From positions 27,342,001 to 27,406,000 of the forward strand of contig OZ024749.1 of the NCBI GenBank assembly GCA_964016885.1: DNA of 64,000 bases, written 5' to 3'. Both the position numbers and the translations under genes were made by a program. Each line of letters starts with the position of its first letter. Position 1 is the stretch's first letter. The stretch is from Eledone cirrhosa (lineage: Eukaryota). The notes beneath the pieces are model-generated. The model ran no database searches, was not told the origin of the DNA, and worked only from the letters and a program-made list of their open reading frames with translations. This document shows, piece after piece, positions 1 to 15,490 of the stretch.

Positions 1-74
1 ATACATATTAGACGAGGTGTTGTACAGGTGGGATTGAGGCCACTTACATCTTATTGAGAGGGTGGTCGGAATAT

Positions 75-470
75 ATACAAGGGTAATCCCAAAAGTAAGG
101 TCTCCAAAGTGATGGGGACGCAGAGAAACTGTTCGTACGGCTGTTGGCAACACTGTTGTGATTGGTGCTTCCTTCACTCCCAAACAAGCATGCGCGCGCT
201 TCGCTGGGATGCTCAATCTTGGCTTGGCAGCCGTTGAGAATGGAGCTCCCGTTGAACGCTACCGCCAAGTGCAAATTTCGCCCAGTTATATAGAGGGCAA
301 TCCCAAAAGTAAGGTCTCCTTCCAAGGAAAACATGCGTAAAGATCAGCAGATCACTCTGGATGCTCTCTGCATTTTGGTTCCCGAGGTTTCCCGAAGCAC
401 CAGCCACAGGATTTTAACGGAAAAGTTGCAATATCGGAAGGAGACCTTACTTTTGGGATTGCCCTCGTAT
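75..470 (+). mobile_element. Internally deleted mariner-type element (two left TIR copies, one right TIR)
   Basis: GAGGGCAATCCCAAAAGTAAGGTCTCC at about 293-319, near-copy at about 78-105, reverse complement at about 440-467, TA flanks. The internal peptide RKDQQITLDALC...VSRSTSHRILTEKLQYRK resembles a mariner transposase HTH region. Confidence 0.75.
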
Positions 471-497
471 ATATATAGAGAGAGAGCGAGGGAGAAT

Positions 498-540
<43 letters not shown>

Positions 541-693
541 AAGAGGGGGGGGAATATGGTAATATACAGAAAACAAGATAGAAGAAGAGAGTAGGAAAGT
601 GACCTACCCACAGTTTTCATTCTTATAACTTTACATTTAACTCATGAAGGGGGGGGGGGGGGGGGGGGCAGACAAAGAGAGAGAATATCTTAC

Positions 694-862
694 CCATAGT
701 TTTCCTTCTAATAACTTTATATATAGCCAATGTCTTTCAGAAGCTGTGGCATCAGCAACATAGAGACTAAATTCCTCTGTCCTTGTCCATGCTGTCAATA
801 AATGGGGCTTCAAAGTTTTCTCAGCAACATTATAATATTCTATGAAATTTTCTTTTAGAAAC
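694..862 (-). CDS. TMEM214: TMEM214 exon 14 (FLKENFIEYYNVAEKTLKPHLLTAW...LLEGKLW)
   Basis: ttatag acceptor, TGG|GTAAGA donor, 169 nt open frame, phase 2 to 0; no stop codon, so further exons lie outside the window. Confidence 0.85.
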
Positions 863-1282
863 CTATAACAACAACAACAATTTCTTTAATAATAATTAAT
901 GATTTCTACTTTAGGCACAAGGCCAGCAATTTTGGAGGAGGGGAAAGTCGATTAAATCCACCCCAGTGCATTACTGGTACTTTATTTTATCAACACCAGC
1001 AATTGACTGTTACTTTATTTTATCAACCTCCAGTACGTAATTGGTACATTATCAACACCAGTACTTGACTGGTACTATATTTTATCAACCTCCAGTACAT
1101 AACTGGCACTTTACTTTTATAATTAAAATATATCAAACAATATACTTACACTCGAGTTTTGAAAGAGTAAAATTCTATCCGCTGCCATGTCTGCATTGAG
1201 GCATCTAAAACACCGTTCCTCTCCAGAAACTGTACTGTCTGTGAACCTACACAACAGGGACAAAAATAGATAGATAGGTGAT

Positions 1283-1322
<40 letters not shown>

Positions 1323-4300
1323 TATGTATGTAATAAGTAAACAGAAATAACTAAGCAAACAGTACAATGAAAAAATATATCAGTTTAATGCTTGAAATAA
1401 TAGGAAAAGAGTTTCAACGTTTTGGACACTAGTCCTTTATCAGAAAAGAGAATGAGAAAAGGTGAACTTGAAAGAGTGAGAAGAGGACAGAATGGGGAAA
1501 AAAATTGAGAAAAAAACGTGCATATTTAGTCAGTCATACACACACACATATATACATATATGTGCATTCATATGTATATGTATATACATACACATTGACC
1601 TCTATTTTCTATGCTGGTATGGGTTGGACGGCTTGTCACATTCAGAGACTAGGTTACACTGGTCAGGGAACCTCCACATCTTACTCATACATTCTATTTT
1701 GGCATGGTTTCTATGTCAAGAGGCCTTTCCTCACATCAGTCACTTTACAGAGTGTACTGCCTGCATTTTATGAACACCAGCACTAGTGCACTAATGGTGC
1801 TATCAGTCATGGACTGGACTGGAGAAACCTTTCTAGGCTGGCGGTGGGGAATTGACACTTTCCCCCATGGTTCTGGGGATAGAAGGATAAGTAAGCTGTT
1901 ATGGATAAGTAATGATCAGGAGGTGGCATTTTATCAAAAAGATCTGACAACCATATTTGTGCATGGAATAAAAATAAGGAAAATGAGATGACATTGCAAA
2001 TACTACCTTTAAATTAAGGACAATCATCATCATTATTATCTAACATTTTTTTTCGCTGCTAGCAAAGGTAGGATGGGTTGTCACAGACTGATCCAGTATT
2101 CAAATGGGTTACTGACTTCTCAAATAGGCCAGGGGCACTCTACTGGATGCTCAAGTGGGGAAGGGGATGAGGTGGAGGTAGGGGATGCATCTGACTTTCA
2201 AAAGGTTCTTGTGCTCTATTAAGTGCATTTTATCAGGGAAACAAAACTAAGAAGGTTGTCATGTCTCTGAAACATCTGAAGAGTCCTCCCGACCCTTTGT
2301 TTGGCACAATTTCTACAGCTGGATGCCCTTCTGTGATGAGATTTTACAAGTATTACTTTTAAAATAAGGAAGATCACCATCAGTATCACCGTTTAACATC
2401 TATTTTCCATGCTTTCATGGGTTAGATGGGTTGTAATGTTAAGAGACAAGTCAAGTCAGGTGGACACCTCCTGCTCATACAGATTTGATTTTTGCTTTGT
2501 TTCTATGTTTGGATACCTTTCCTAACACCAAACATGTTACAGTGTGAACAGGGTGCTTTTTATCATGACACCAAAACAACCATCTAACAGAGTGGACTAG
2601 GTGCTGTTTATCGTATCACCTGAATGACCACCATACAGGATGGACTGGGTACTTTTTGTCATGTCACCAGCATGACCACTAGCAGGGAAAACTGGGTGCT
2701 TTTAGTCATATCACCAGCACAACTACATTAGAAGCTGGACTGGGTACTTTTTTTTTGTCTTGTCACCAGCATGGCCACCTTACAGAGTGAACTAAGTGCT
2801 TTTGTTGTAATAGCATCACTGTTGGAGGGCAGGTGTGGTGTATGTTCAGATTTCCATGCTTGTATGCATGGGTTGGGGAAAGGAGAGTGAAATCTCGGGT
2901 GGGATACTTAGTTGTTGTGGGGAGGAGGGTTGAAAAATTAAGATTGGAGAAAGTGTTTGAATGGAGGGTGGGCAAGATTGGTGCAGATTAATGACTTCTA
3001 CATCATCATCATCATCATCAACGTTTAACGTCCGTGTTCCACGCTTGCATGGGTTTGGACGGGGCTAGTCCCACTTGAGGCAAGAGTGATTGTCTTGCTC
3101 GCATAGGACTGTCTGGCAGGTTTTCTACAGTTGGATGCCCTTCCTAACACCAACCACATTTACAGTGTGGGTCTGGGAGGTTTTTACCGTGTTGCCTACA
3201 CGGCCACATTACAGCGTGGACTGTGTGTTTTTTTGTCGTGACACCTACACGATCTCATTTGTTTCGGCCTGGATGGCGCGGCACCAACATAACTTTACAT
3301 AGAACGGGGTGGTGTGGATGGGGTGGGGGTGGGGGTGGTGTATTTTGTTAGAGATGCCTACTGGCTGGACATGTTTGTAACAACATGTGCACATAGGAAG
3401 ATGTAATGAGATATTGCTAACGTTACCTTTAAAACTGCCACCAAGGTAAACATCAATGAAAAACAATGACACCAGAGATGAAATGATGAATAAAACAACA
3501 TAGGACCAAGGAAACTGGGGTTGTGTCATTTTCTGCATCAAATCCTGCAAAAAAAAGAAGACCCTTATATATATATATAGATAGATATATATATATATAT
3601 AGATATATATATATATATATAGATGTGGAGATTTGTATTCTAGCAGGCTGTTTCAATTGATGAAATTGTGAGTAACATTTTCATATGTTAATTTGTCGAT
3701 ACAATAACTACATTGTTTTCATAGCTTAGGCTTCTGGATGGGAATCTTATATTACAATTAATCCTGTGTGTGTGTGTGCTCCAAACAAATTGTAAACAAC
3801 GAGATCGAAATTACTGGATATCAATCTAAACTCTTATTATATGCGTGCGTGTCTCACAAAATCAATTTATTACCTTCCTTGGATTATACTAATCTACTTC
3901 TCATATACATACACACGATTGATATAAATAATCACATATATAGCTGGAAAAAATTTAGATTTTAAATCATTTTTAATTCTTTACACATGTTTCAAGGGCA
4001 TTATGAAATTCGGATTGGCAGTATTGGTAGAGAGTCGGTGGCCATGCTTTGACGCATAGAGTTACGGCCCTTGCTATTCTGAGTTCAAATCCCGCCATGC
4101 TTCCATGTTTGGAATTTCTTCTCTAGCTCGGCCATTGATTCAGCTATGAGCGTTAGATCATCTGCGTATAGGAGTTCCCATGGGCAGCCGGTCTTGAACT
4201 CCTCTGTTATAGCCTGAAGGGCAATAATAAATAGTAGGGGGCTAAGAACAGAGCCCTGATGGACACTAACTTTTACGTTAAACTCTTCACTATATTCGTT

Positions 4301-7300
4301 GTTAATTCTAACCTTGCTGACTGTTTCTTTATACATGGCTTGTATAGCTCTCACAAGCCATTCATCTACACCTAGTTTTCTAAGAGCCCACCAGATAATG
4401 GAACGGGGGACTCTGTCGAAGGCTTTCTCCAAGTCGACAAAAGTTAAGTATAGGGGTTTACTTTTAGCTAGGTACTTCTCCTGTAGTTGTCGTACAATGA
4501 AAAGAGCGTCTGTGGTACTTTTGCCTGACACAAACCCGAATTGCATTTCATCTAGATCAATTCTCTCTCTGATTAGTTGCGCTATTACTTTTTCCGTGAC
4601 CTTCATGACCTGGTCGATTAATTTAATGCCTCTATAGTTACTCCTATCTAGGGTGTCTCCTTTACCCTTGTAACAGTTAACGATGATGCTGCTACGCCAG
4701 TCCTTCGGATATATATCATCATCATTTCATTTACGTCCGCTTTTCCCTGCTTGCAAGGGTGGGACGGGAACTGATTCTGGCTTGATTTCTACAGCTGGAT
4801 GCCCTTCCTAACACCAACCTCATTTACAGTGAGTGCTGGGTGCTTTTTTGCCGTGGCACCTCCACGACCACTTTGCAGTGGAAAGATAGGGACCCCAGTC
4901 CCTATCACCTCATTTCTACAGCTGAGTAAACTGGAGCAATGTGAAATAAAGTGTCTTGCTCAAGGAAACAACACATCACCCGGTCCGAGAATTGAACTCA
5001 CAACCTTTCGATTGCAAGGCCAATGCCCTAACCACTAAGCCATGTGCCTCCATATATATCATCGGTTTTACATTCACAACTTTTCAATTCTAGCATGGGT
5101 TGAACAGATTTGAGACAATATTTTACAACCAGATGCCCTGTCAAGTAGGGATATATATATATATATATATATATATGTAGAAGTTTGTATTTTATCTGAT
5201 GAAAGCGCACTAAGGTTGGCTTGGTTGCTCTTGAAATATATATAATAAAATAAATATGGTTTTATAAATATAGTTTCCATTTATTTAATATCACGGTATA
5301 TATATATATATATATATATGCATGTGTTTGTATATGTACATATACAAACACCCTTCTATTGCTTGTCATTAAACACAGTGTACTAAAAACTAGATGAAAT
5401 TACTGATGTACACTCCCCATCTACAAATCCCAACATGAAAATCAGGTGTCCTTCCCCTTTATCCACTACTTACCTTACATATGGACATTGATGGATCTTT
5501 GGAACCTTTCACTGATAAATCAGAACTAGTCACAGAGAAAGAGCGAAGTGTATCATGTAGTTGTTTCTGGTTCACTTCTCTGGATATTTTTTTCCAATTC
5601 TCAAACAAACAAGTCATCAGAATTCTAGAAAAAGAAAGAAATCATCATCGACATCGTTTAACCCTTTAGCACTTAAACAGGCCATATCCGGCCGGAATTC
5701 TCTCACCTCTTTCTGTTCAAATCAGCCATAATTCGCTGTTCATACTTATGTTAAGGTATTGTTCTCAAAGTAAATCATATCAAAATCTTGAAGATTCGAT
5801 ATTATATGAGATAAAGTGTTTATCATGAAAATACAATAGTATATGTTGAAGGGATAATGTCTTTTTTTGACAACTAGCAAGAGTTGGATGAATCTTCAGA
5901 GTCAGAACTCAAGCGGTGCTACTGAAGTGCCAGTTTTAAGCTCATATGTTATGGCCAGAAGGATAATGATTTAATCAGAAGTGGACTGAGGACTAAGCCG
6001 TGGTGGACTCCCACCTGCACTTCAAATTAAATCACTGTACTCATTGCCAACTCTCATCTTGCTGGTTTCACCTCTATATATCACTCATATGCCATCCCCT
6101 CCCCAAGACATTTTGTCTACACCTAGCTTCCCTAATGCCTACCAGATTACGAGCAGGATGGGGGGAGGGGGGCACAATCGAAGTCCTTCTCTAAAATAAA
6201 GCAAAACAAATAAAACTACCAACAACATCATCATCACCATCGCTATTTTAGATATTGATTTATCAGCCATTAAAATGAGCTTACAATATACAGCACCTAA
6301 ACCTATTCATAACATTTAGAATTTGTTCCTCATTGCAAAAGTGAAAAATTGGTAGAGACACTAGGGCGTAAGATTAAAACTGCCTTGGTATTTGTTCTGG
6401 CTCACTGCAATCTGAGTTCAAATCTCTCCAAGGTCAACTTTGCCTTTTTATTATTTCAAAGTCAATAAATAAAGTGCCAGTCCAGTACTGGAGTCAATTC
6501 TTCCTGTCTCTAACACGTTGTGTCTCTTTCTTTCTGAGGAAGAAATCAGCTGTTCCAGCCTGAGAGGGGGAGGGGATGGGTTTCATCAGGAATTAGGGGT
6601 CATTTGTATTCCTTCTTCATTGCAGTTGGAATTTTTTAAGACTGGCTGCAGTACTAAAGACTACTACCACATTGCAACATTTCTGCTTGTGAAATCCATG
6701 ACACCAACAATCTCTTGGTCTGCTAGAAATATCACCCAAACCTCCCTCAAATCACACAACAACAACAAGCATTTTAAGGTCATTTTCCCCTGCTAAACTA
6801 TGGGTTAGTCTTGTGTGGCCTCATGACAGGCTTAATACTCATCATAGGGTCCTTTTTAAAGCAATGTTTTATAGCTGGAATCCCTTCATGATGCCAACTC
6901 TTTTAGTTGCATCTTACAACATACAGGGATACTGTGTAGCTATTCTAAACTACACACTACCTGCAATTAAACATCAAAGGAATAGTGAATTGTCAGGTAA
7001 AATAACAACCTACCCAGACTGTTTCATGTGTTTTGGATACATTTGCTGCCACAGACTAAAACAATGGTCATCTTTCAAGAGGCACCGCACCAAACTGGCC
7101 AGTAGCTACAACAAAACAACAACAAACTGTTCAGTAACTGCAACAACAATAATGTGCTCAGTGACTACAACAAACTGTTCAGCAGCAACAAAATCAATGC
7201 AGAGGATTTTGAAGAAAATCCCCAGAGAAAAATTCCCCAACTCTAACCTATGCCCACACCAATCATTGATGTCACCTTAGTGGACAAATTTTTCTTTGCA

Positions 7301-10300
7301 AAAATCAGCCTTGAGAGTCACCATAAGCAATCATGGATGAGAAAATTTATAAGAAGAAAAAAATATACTCGGAAACGAGGAAGAGCTAAAGACAACATTT
7401 GTATATTCTACTATATATTCTGATATAATATTGTATATTCCAACCAACACGACGACCTCATAGGTGGATTGGATGCTCTTTTGTCATGACACCAGTTTCA
7501 CCACTTTACAGGATAGACTGGGTGCTTTTTTTGTCATGGCACTAGTGTGACTTTGTTGTGGAACCAGCAGGACCACATTACAAGATGAATTAGTTCTTTT
7601 TATCGTGGCACCAGCACTACCACCTTACAAGGTGGACTAGGTGCTATTGTCGTGGTACCAGCATGACCACCTTACAGGGTGGATTAGGTACTTTTGTCAT
7701 GGCACCAGCACTGCTACTGTACAGGATGGGATCAATGCTTTTTGTTACGACACCAGAGTGACGTGAGTGTGTGTGTGTGTGTGTATATATAATCATTACT
7801 TTAACATCTATTTTTATGCTTACATGGGTTAGCTGAGTTGTCATATTCTGAGAATAGAAAGGTCAGATGACTGCCTTACTCATACGTTTCAATCTGGGCC
7901 TCCATGGCTGGATACCCTTCAAATGCCAACTATATTGCAGTAAATATGTATTTTATATTCCAATATAAATATTATATACTCTATTATACATTCTATTTAT
8001 ATGTGGAAGGATGAAATACTAAAATTCCCTCTTAAACATCCATTCTAGGAAGAACAATCATGCTCAGAGTTGCTGAAGCATGGAACAAACTACCTGCATC
8101 AATTGTTAGCAGTCAGGACACTGCATCCTTCAAAACCTCCATGCTTCCCAAAATTCGCCAACACTACACATGATATTCCCCCCTCCATACACACACACCC
8201 ATGTATCTGTGTATATCATGACTCATACAGTTCACTTTCATGACATTTGTACATTATCCTATGTACTTTACATGCACCTGAGCACTGTACACAATAATTT
8301 CATTATTATTATTATTATATTAAAGACAGAAATATTTAAGTCTAACTTTCCCTCAGTAATTCATCCATGCAAGAAAATAAAACTAAATTGTTATCATCAT
8401 CATCCCGCATAAAATTTACCTCTGTTTTCAAGGCTTGAGAGCAGGTGGAATTCAATCTCGTTAGGTACGATGGGAAAAAACTTCGTAACGTTTTCTCTGG
8501 ATTTGGTCCATATGTAATTATCTTAACAATAAGAAAACACAATTAGTGAATGAGAGTGTAACGACAGGAGGAGGGGGGTAATTGGAGAAATAAGACACTT
8601 ATGGATTGGAATAGAAAACAATGGAATAAGAACAATAAAAAATCAAAACTAAATACAAAATATTTAATCAAAACTGAAGACTTCTCAATTAAAATATACC
8701 GTTTAACATCTATTTTCCATACTTCACAGGTTAGATGGGTTGTCATGTTATGAAGCTAGACAAGTCAAATGACCATTTCCTGTTCATAAAATCCATTTAT
8801 TTTACTTGGGTTTCTATGGCTGGATGCCTTTCTTAACACCAACAATATTACAGCATGTGCTAGGCGCTGTTTTCATAACTTCCACCACAACAATCTTACA
8901 GGATAGACTGGGCGCTTTTTGTAATGGCCTGGTGAAGAGGCAGAATTGTTAGAACATAGAATGCTTTGTGGCATATTCGCTTTGGCCTTCTGCACTCTGA
9001 GTTCAAATCCCACCAAGCTTTGCCTTACATCCTTTCAAAATCAAATAATGTACCAGTCACATACAGGGGCCGATTCTTCCTCTATATCCTTCTCTCTCTG
9101 GAAGAGATCAGCTGTGTTCCGACCTAGATAGGGATGGGCTCCGTTAGTTTTAAATACTCAAGACATGCCGTACATCACTACAGCACCCACTGAAATTAAG
9201 GACCCATGGCTAAAAAAGAAATGAAAACGGAAGAAAAAAAATTATTTACCTTCAATTTTGCATTTAGAATTTTTAATTTTTTGCGTAAATCATTTTGTAT
9301 ATTGATGTTGGTATTATAGATTAAATCCAGGATGTAGAAATACTCTTTCGTAGAGATTACGCCGTACGCAGATGACAGATTCTTGTGAATACTGAAGAAA
9401 AATATATTAATTTATTAGATTAAATATACTAGATTAAATCTAAATAAATCTTCAATTACAAAAACCTTTTGAATAAAATATAATGGAATGCACCCAGAAG
9501 ACTCTGTAAAGCAGTGGATACTAAACCAAAACAATGCAGAGAGAACTCTTTAGTCTTGTTGAAGAAGTAACAAACTCTTTGCTGGTACCACTGAATACAC
9601 TGTAATGTGGTAGAGTCTGAACCCAGACAATGCAAGGTTAAGAGAACCCTTTAATCTTGTTTAGGACCTGGCTCTAGTGTTGATGCTATGATAAAAAGCT
9701 CCCAGTACACTCTGTAAAGTTGTAAAGTCATTGACATTAGGAAAATCACCCAGCCCTAGCAACCATGTCAAAATCAAACAGAACATGTAACTGATACTAT
9801 GATCCTCAACTGATCTAGACCCATCAAACTCTTACAAACATGGAAAGCAGACTTAAAGTGATGACAATGGTGGGTCCTCCATTATTTCAACAAAGGGCAT
9901 TTAGTTGTGACATTATCTGTACATCCTACTTATTAAATCAAAGTAAAAGTGATTGAGTATTCCACAGACATGTCATGTGTACCCTTAATGTATTCTCCGT
10001 GTCACACAATATGTAACAAAGAGACCCCTTTCCAGTTACAGATACAATCCATCTGACAGGCTTCTTCAAAGTTTTCTTTGGGGCCCAAGTTTGTTGACTT
10101 CCTTGTGGTGGGCTTTGGAAACTGGTCACTGACCTCTGATCTAGGTCAGGTGAACAACAACAGTTTTCCTATTTCAATTGTTTTGTGTCTACAGTTGAAT
10201 AATTTGAATACTTGTCTACATATGACAAACATATGTCAATGTATTCTGGTATACATGTCAAACTACTCTAGTGTATGTCACAATCTACACTAGTGTGTGA

Positions 10301-13300
10301 CACAATGAACTCTGGCATATGTCACAATCTACTGTAGTATATGTCACAATCTAATGTAGTATATGTCACAATCTACTCTGGTATGTCACAATCTACAGTG
10401 GTATTTATGTCACAATCTACTCTGGTATATGTCACAATCTACAGTGGTATGTCACAATCTACTGTGGTATATGTCACAATCTACTGTGGTATATGTCATG
10501 ATCTACTGTGGTATTTATGTCACAATCTACTCTGGTATATGTCATAATCTACTGTGGTATGTCACAATCTACTGTGGTATATGTCACAATCTACTGTGGT
10601 ATATGTCATGATCTACTGTGGTATATGTCACAATCTACTGTGGTATATGTCATGATCTACTGTGGTATATGTCACAATCTACTGTGGTATATGTCATGAT
10701 CTACTGTGGTATATGTCACAATCTACTGTGGTATATGTCATGATCTACTGTGGTATATGTCACAATCTACTGTGGTATATGTCATGATCTACTGTGGTAT
10801 ATGTCACAATCTACTGTGGTATATGTCATGATCTACTGTGGTATATGTCACAATCTACTGTGGTATATGTCATGATCTACTCTGGTATATGTCACAATCT
10901 ACTGTGGTATATGTCATGATCTACTGTGGTATATGTCACAATCTACTGTGGTATATGTCATGATCTACTGTGGTATATGTCACAATCTACTCTGGTATAT
11001 GTCATAATCTACTGTGGTATGTCACAATCTACTGTGGTATATGTCATGATCTACTGTGGTATATGTCACGATCTACTGTGGTATATGTCACAATCTACTG
11101 TGGTATATGTCATGATCTACTGTGGTATATGCCATGATCTACTGTGGTATATGTCACAATCTACTGTGGTATATGTCATGATCTACTGTGGTATATGTCA
11201 CAATCTACTGTGGTATATGTCATGATCTACTGTGGTATATGTCACAATCTACTGTGGTATATGTCATGATCTACTGTGGTATATGTCACAATCTACTCTG
11301 GTATATGTCATAATCTACTGTGGTATGTCACAATCTACTGTGGTATATGTCATGATCTACTGTGGTATATGTCACGATCTACTGTGGTATATGTCACAAT
11401 CTACTGTGGTATATGTCATGATCTACTGTGGTATATGCCATGATCTACTGTGGTATGTATGTCACAATCTACTGTGGTATATGCCATGATCTACTCTGGT
11501 ATATGTCACAATCTACTGTGGTATATGTCACAATCTATTGTGGTATATGTCACAATCTACTGTGGTATATGTCAATCTACTGTGGTATATGCCATGATCT
11601 ACTGTGGTATATGCCATGATCTACTCTGGTATATGTCACAATCTACTGTGGTATATGTCATGATCTACTGTGGTATATGTCATGATCTACTGTGGTATAT
11701 GTCAATCTACTTTGGTATATGTCACAATCTACTGTGGTATATGTCACAATCTACTGTGGTATGTGTCATGATCTACTGTGGTATATGTTATGATCTACTG
11801 TGGTATATGCCATGATCTACTGTGGTATATGTCATGATCTACTGTGGTATATGTCATGATCTACTGTGGTATATGTCATGATCTACTGTGGTATATGTCA
11901 TGATCTACTGTGGTATATGTCATGATCTACTGTGGTATGTATGTCATGATCTACTGTGGTATATGCCATGATCTACTGTGGTATATGTCATCATCTACTG
12001 TGGTATATGTCATCATCTACTGTGGTATATGTCATCTACTGCGGTATATGCCATGATCTACTGTGGTATATGTCACAATCTACTGTGGTATATGTCACAA
12101 TCTACTGTGGTATATGTCATCATCTACTGTGGTATATGTCATCATCTACTGTGGTATATGTCATCATCTACTGTGGTATATGTCATCTACTGTGGTATAT
12201 GTCATCATCTACTGTGGTATATGTCATGATCTACTGTGGTATATGTCACAATCTACTGTGGTATATGTCATCATCTACTGTGGTATATGTCATGATCTAC
12301 TGTGGTATATGTCATCATCTACTGTGGTATATGTCATGATCTACTGTGGTATATGTCATGATCTACTGTGGTATATGTCATGATCTACTGTGGTATATGC
12401 CATGATCTACTGTGGTATGTATGTCATGATCTACTGTGGTATATGCCATGATCTACTGTGGTATATGTCATGATCTACTGTGGTATATGTCATGATCTAC
12501 TGTGGTATGTATGTCATGATCTACTGTGGTATATGCCATGATCTACTGTGGTATATGTCATGATCTACTGTGGTATGTATGTCATGATCTACTGTGGTAT
12601 ATGCCATGATCTACTGTGGTATGTATGTCATGATCTACTGTGGTATATGTCATGATCTACTGTGGTATATGTCACAATCTACTGTGGTATATGTCACAAT
12701 CTACTGTGGTATATGTCACAATCTACTGTGGTATATGTCATGATCTACTGTGGTATATGTCACAATCTACTGTGGTATATGTCATGATCTACTGTGGTAT
12801 GTGTCATGATCTACTGTGGTATATGTCACAATCTACTGTGGTATGTGTCATGATCTACTGTGGTATATGTCACAATCTACTGTGGTATATGTCATGATCT
12901 ACTGTGGTATGTGTCATGATCTACTGTGGTATATGTCACAATCTACTGTGGTATATGTCATGATCTACTGTGGTATATGTCATGATCTACTGTGGTATAT
13001 GTCATGATCTACTGTGGTATATGTCACAATCTACTGTGGTATATGTCACAATCTACTGTGGTATGTGTCATGATCTACTGTGGTATATGTCACGATCTAC
13101 TGTGGTATACGCCATGATCTACTGTGGTATATGTCATGATCTACTTTGGTATATGTCACGATCTACTGTGGTATATGCCATGATCTATTGTGGTATATGT
13201 CATGATCTACTGTGGTATATGTCATGATCTACTTTGGTATATGTCACGATCTACTGTGGTATATGTCATGATCTACTTTGGTGTATGTCATCATCTACTG

Positions 13301-15441
13301 TGGTATATGCCATGATCTATTGTGGTATATGTCATCAACCAACTCTGGTGTATGTCACATTGATCAATCAACAATGTAACTCCTCATTATATTGCATACA
13401 ACAAACATATGTCACATCCATGTCCAGTTTATTGATTAGATCAATAACACTGTTTACATTATGTCCTATTGATTGACCAGATATTTAACCTAACCTGTTT
13501 ATATTACATATAACAAACACATGTCACCTTCTCCTCTGGTGTAGTCTAGTTGACTGATTAAATCTATAATCTTGTTTATATTACATATGATAAACATATG
13601 TCACACAATACTTTCAGGTATGTCCTTTTGATTCACCAGATCTATAACTCTGTTTATATTACATATGATAAACATATGTCACACAATACTTTCAGGTATG
13701 TCCTTTTGATTCACCAGATCTATAACTCTGTTTATATTACATATAACAAATATATGTTACATTCTACTCTGGTAGATAATCAGTAAATTCATTCAACAAT
13801 TCATTAGATCTATAATCCTGTGTATATGACAAATATATATCACATGACTCTGCTGTATGTTGCATTGATTATTCAGTTATGTAGCCCAGGTTTATATGAC
13901 ATATGCTAAACATTTTGAGAGAGTGTGTGTGTGATAGTGATATTATGAGTGAGTGTGTGTGTGATAGTGATATTATGAGTGAGTGTGTGTGTGATAGTGA
14001 TATTATGAGTATGTGTGATGATGAGAGTGTGTCTGTGATTTTGATATGAGTGTGTTTGTGATGTTGATATTATGAATGTGTGTGTGTGTGTGTTGCTGAT
14101 ATGAGTGTGTGTGTTATTGATATTGAGTGAATGTGTGTGTATGTGTGATGTTGATATTAAAATCTATGCAATAAAATGCAGTCAAAATCTGAAAGAAAAG
14201 AAAAATAATTTTTAAAATGTGAGAATGAGGATATTTACCTGAATAACGTCTCTAAATAGTCTACAGGATACGATGCCACAGTTATTGTACGAAATCCCAA
14301 CGATGAAATCATAAGTTCCATCCAAACTGGAAACATAGAAAAAGACATACAAACATTAATAGGAAGGGCATCCAGCTGTAGAAAACCCGCCAGACAGTCC
14401 ACGCTGTAATGTGGCCATGTAGGCAACACAGTATAAACCTCCCAGACCCACACTGTAAATGTGGTTGGTGTTAGGAAGGGCATCCAGCTGTAGAAAACCC
14501 GCCAGACAGTCCTATGCGAGCAAGACAATCACTCTTGCCTCAAGTGGGAAAACCCCCGTCCAAACCCATGCAAGCGTGGAACACGGACGTTAAACGTTGA
14601 TGATGATGATGATGATGATGATAGTTTAACTTATGCCAAACTATTTAAATGTCCAAGTATATGAGTGACAAATAACTTTGATCTATATATATATATATAT
14701 ATATATATATCATCATCATTATATATAGATATATATCATCATTATATATATATATATATATACAAAAGTTCTATTTAAATTGTTGGGATACAACAAGCAA
14801 ATATTTTTATAACTGATATAAAGCACTCGACAAATATTTGGAGTAGATATACGATATTAATAAATGGAAACTATATTTATAAAACCATATTTATTTCAAG
14901 GATACCAAGTTACATTATGGTATGCCTTCATCAGACAAAATACAATATATAACAGTTTTATAAATAGACATTGACGTACCCTTTTAAAAATTGACCGTTG
15001 CTTTTGGAGGCCATCAGGATAGTGGTTTGTTTACTTTAGTAAGTCATAGTGTTAAGAGTAAGTAAAAAGATGGAGAGAGAGAGAGAGAGAGAGAGAGAAA
15101 CGATTTTTTCTCTGTCTGATGGCTTGATATCTCCCTGTTATTTTTCCCCTGTTCTCTTTTCTTTTTGCTTTCTTCTTTTTCTTTATTTATCTCTCCTTTT
15201 CTTTTCTCCACGTTTCTCTCTCTCTCTCCATCTTTTTACTTACTCTTAACACTATGACTTACTAAAGTAAACAAACCACTATCCTGATGGCCTCCAAAAG
15301 CAACGTCAATGTCTATTTATAAAACTGTTATATATTGTATTTTGTCTGATGAAGGCATACCATAATGTAACTTGGTATCCTTGAAATATATATAATGAAA
15401 TAAATATGGTTTTATAAATATAGTTTCCATTTATTAATATC

Positions 15442-15490
<49 letters not shown>

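Noticed and set aside
10341-13476. Many ORFs and a superficially CRISPR-like regular array
   Set aside because: Contiguous 22-bp tandem units with no unique spacers and no cas genes, in a eukaryotic intron.
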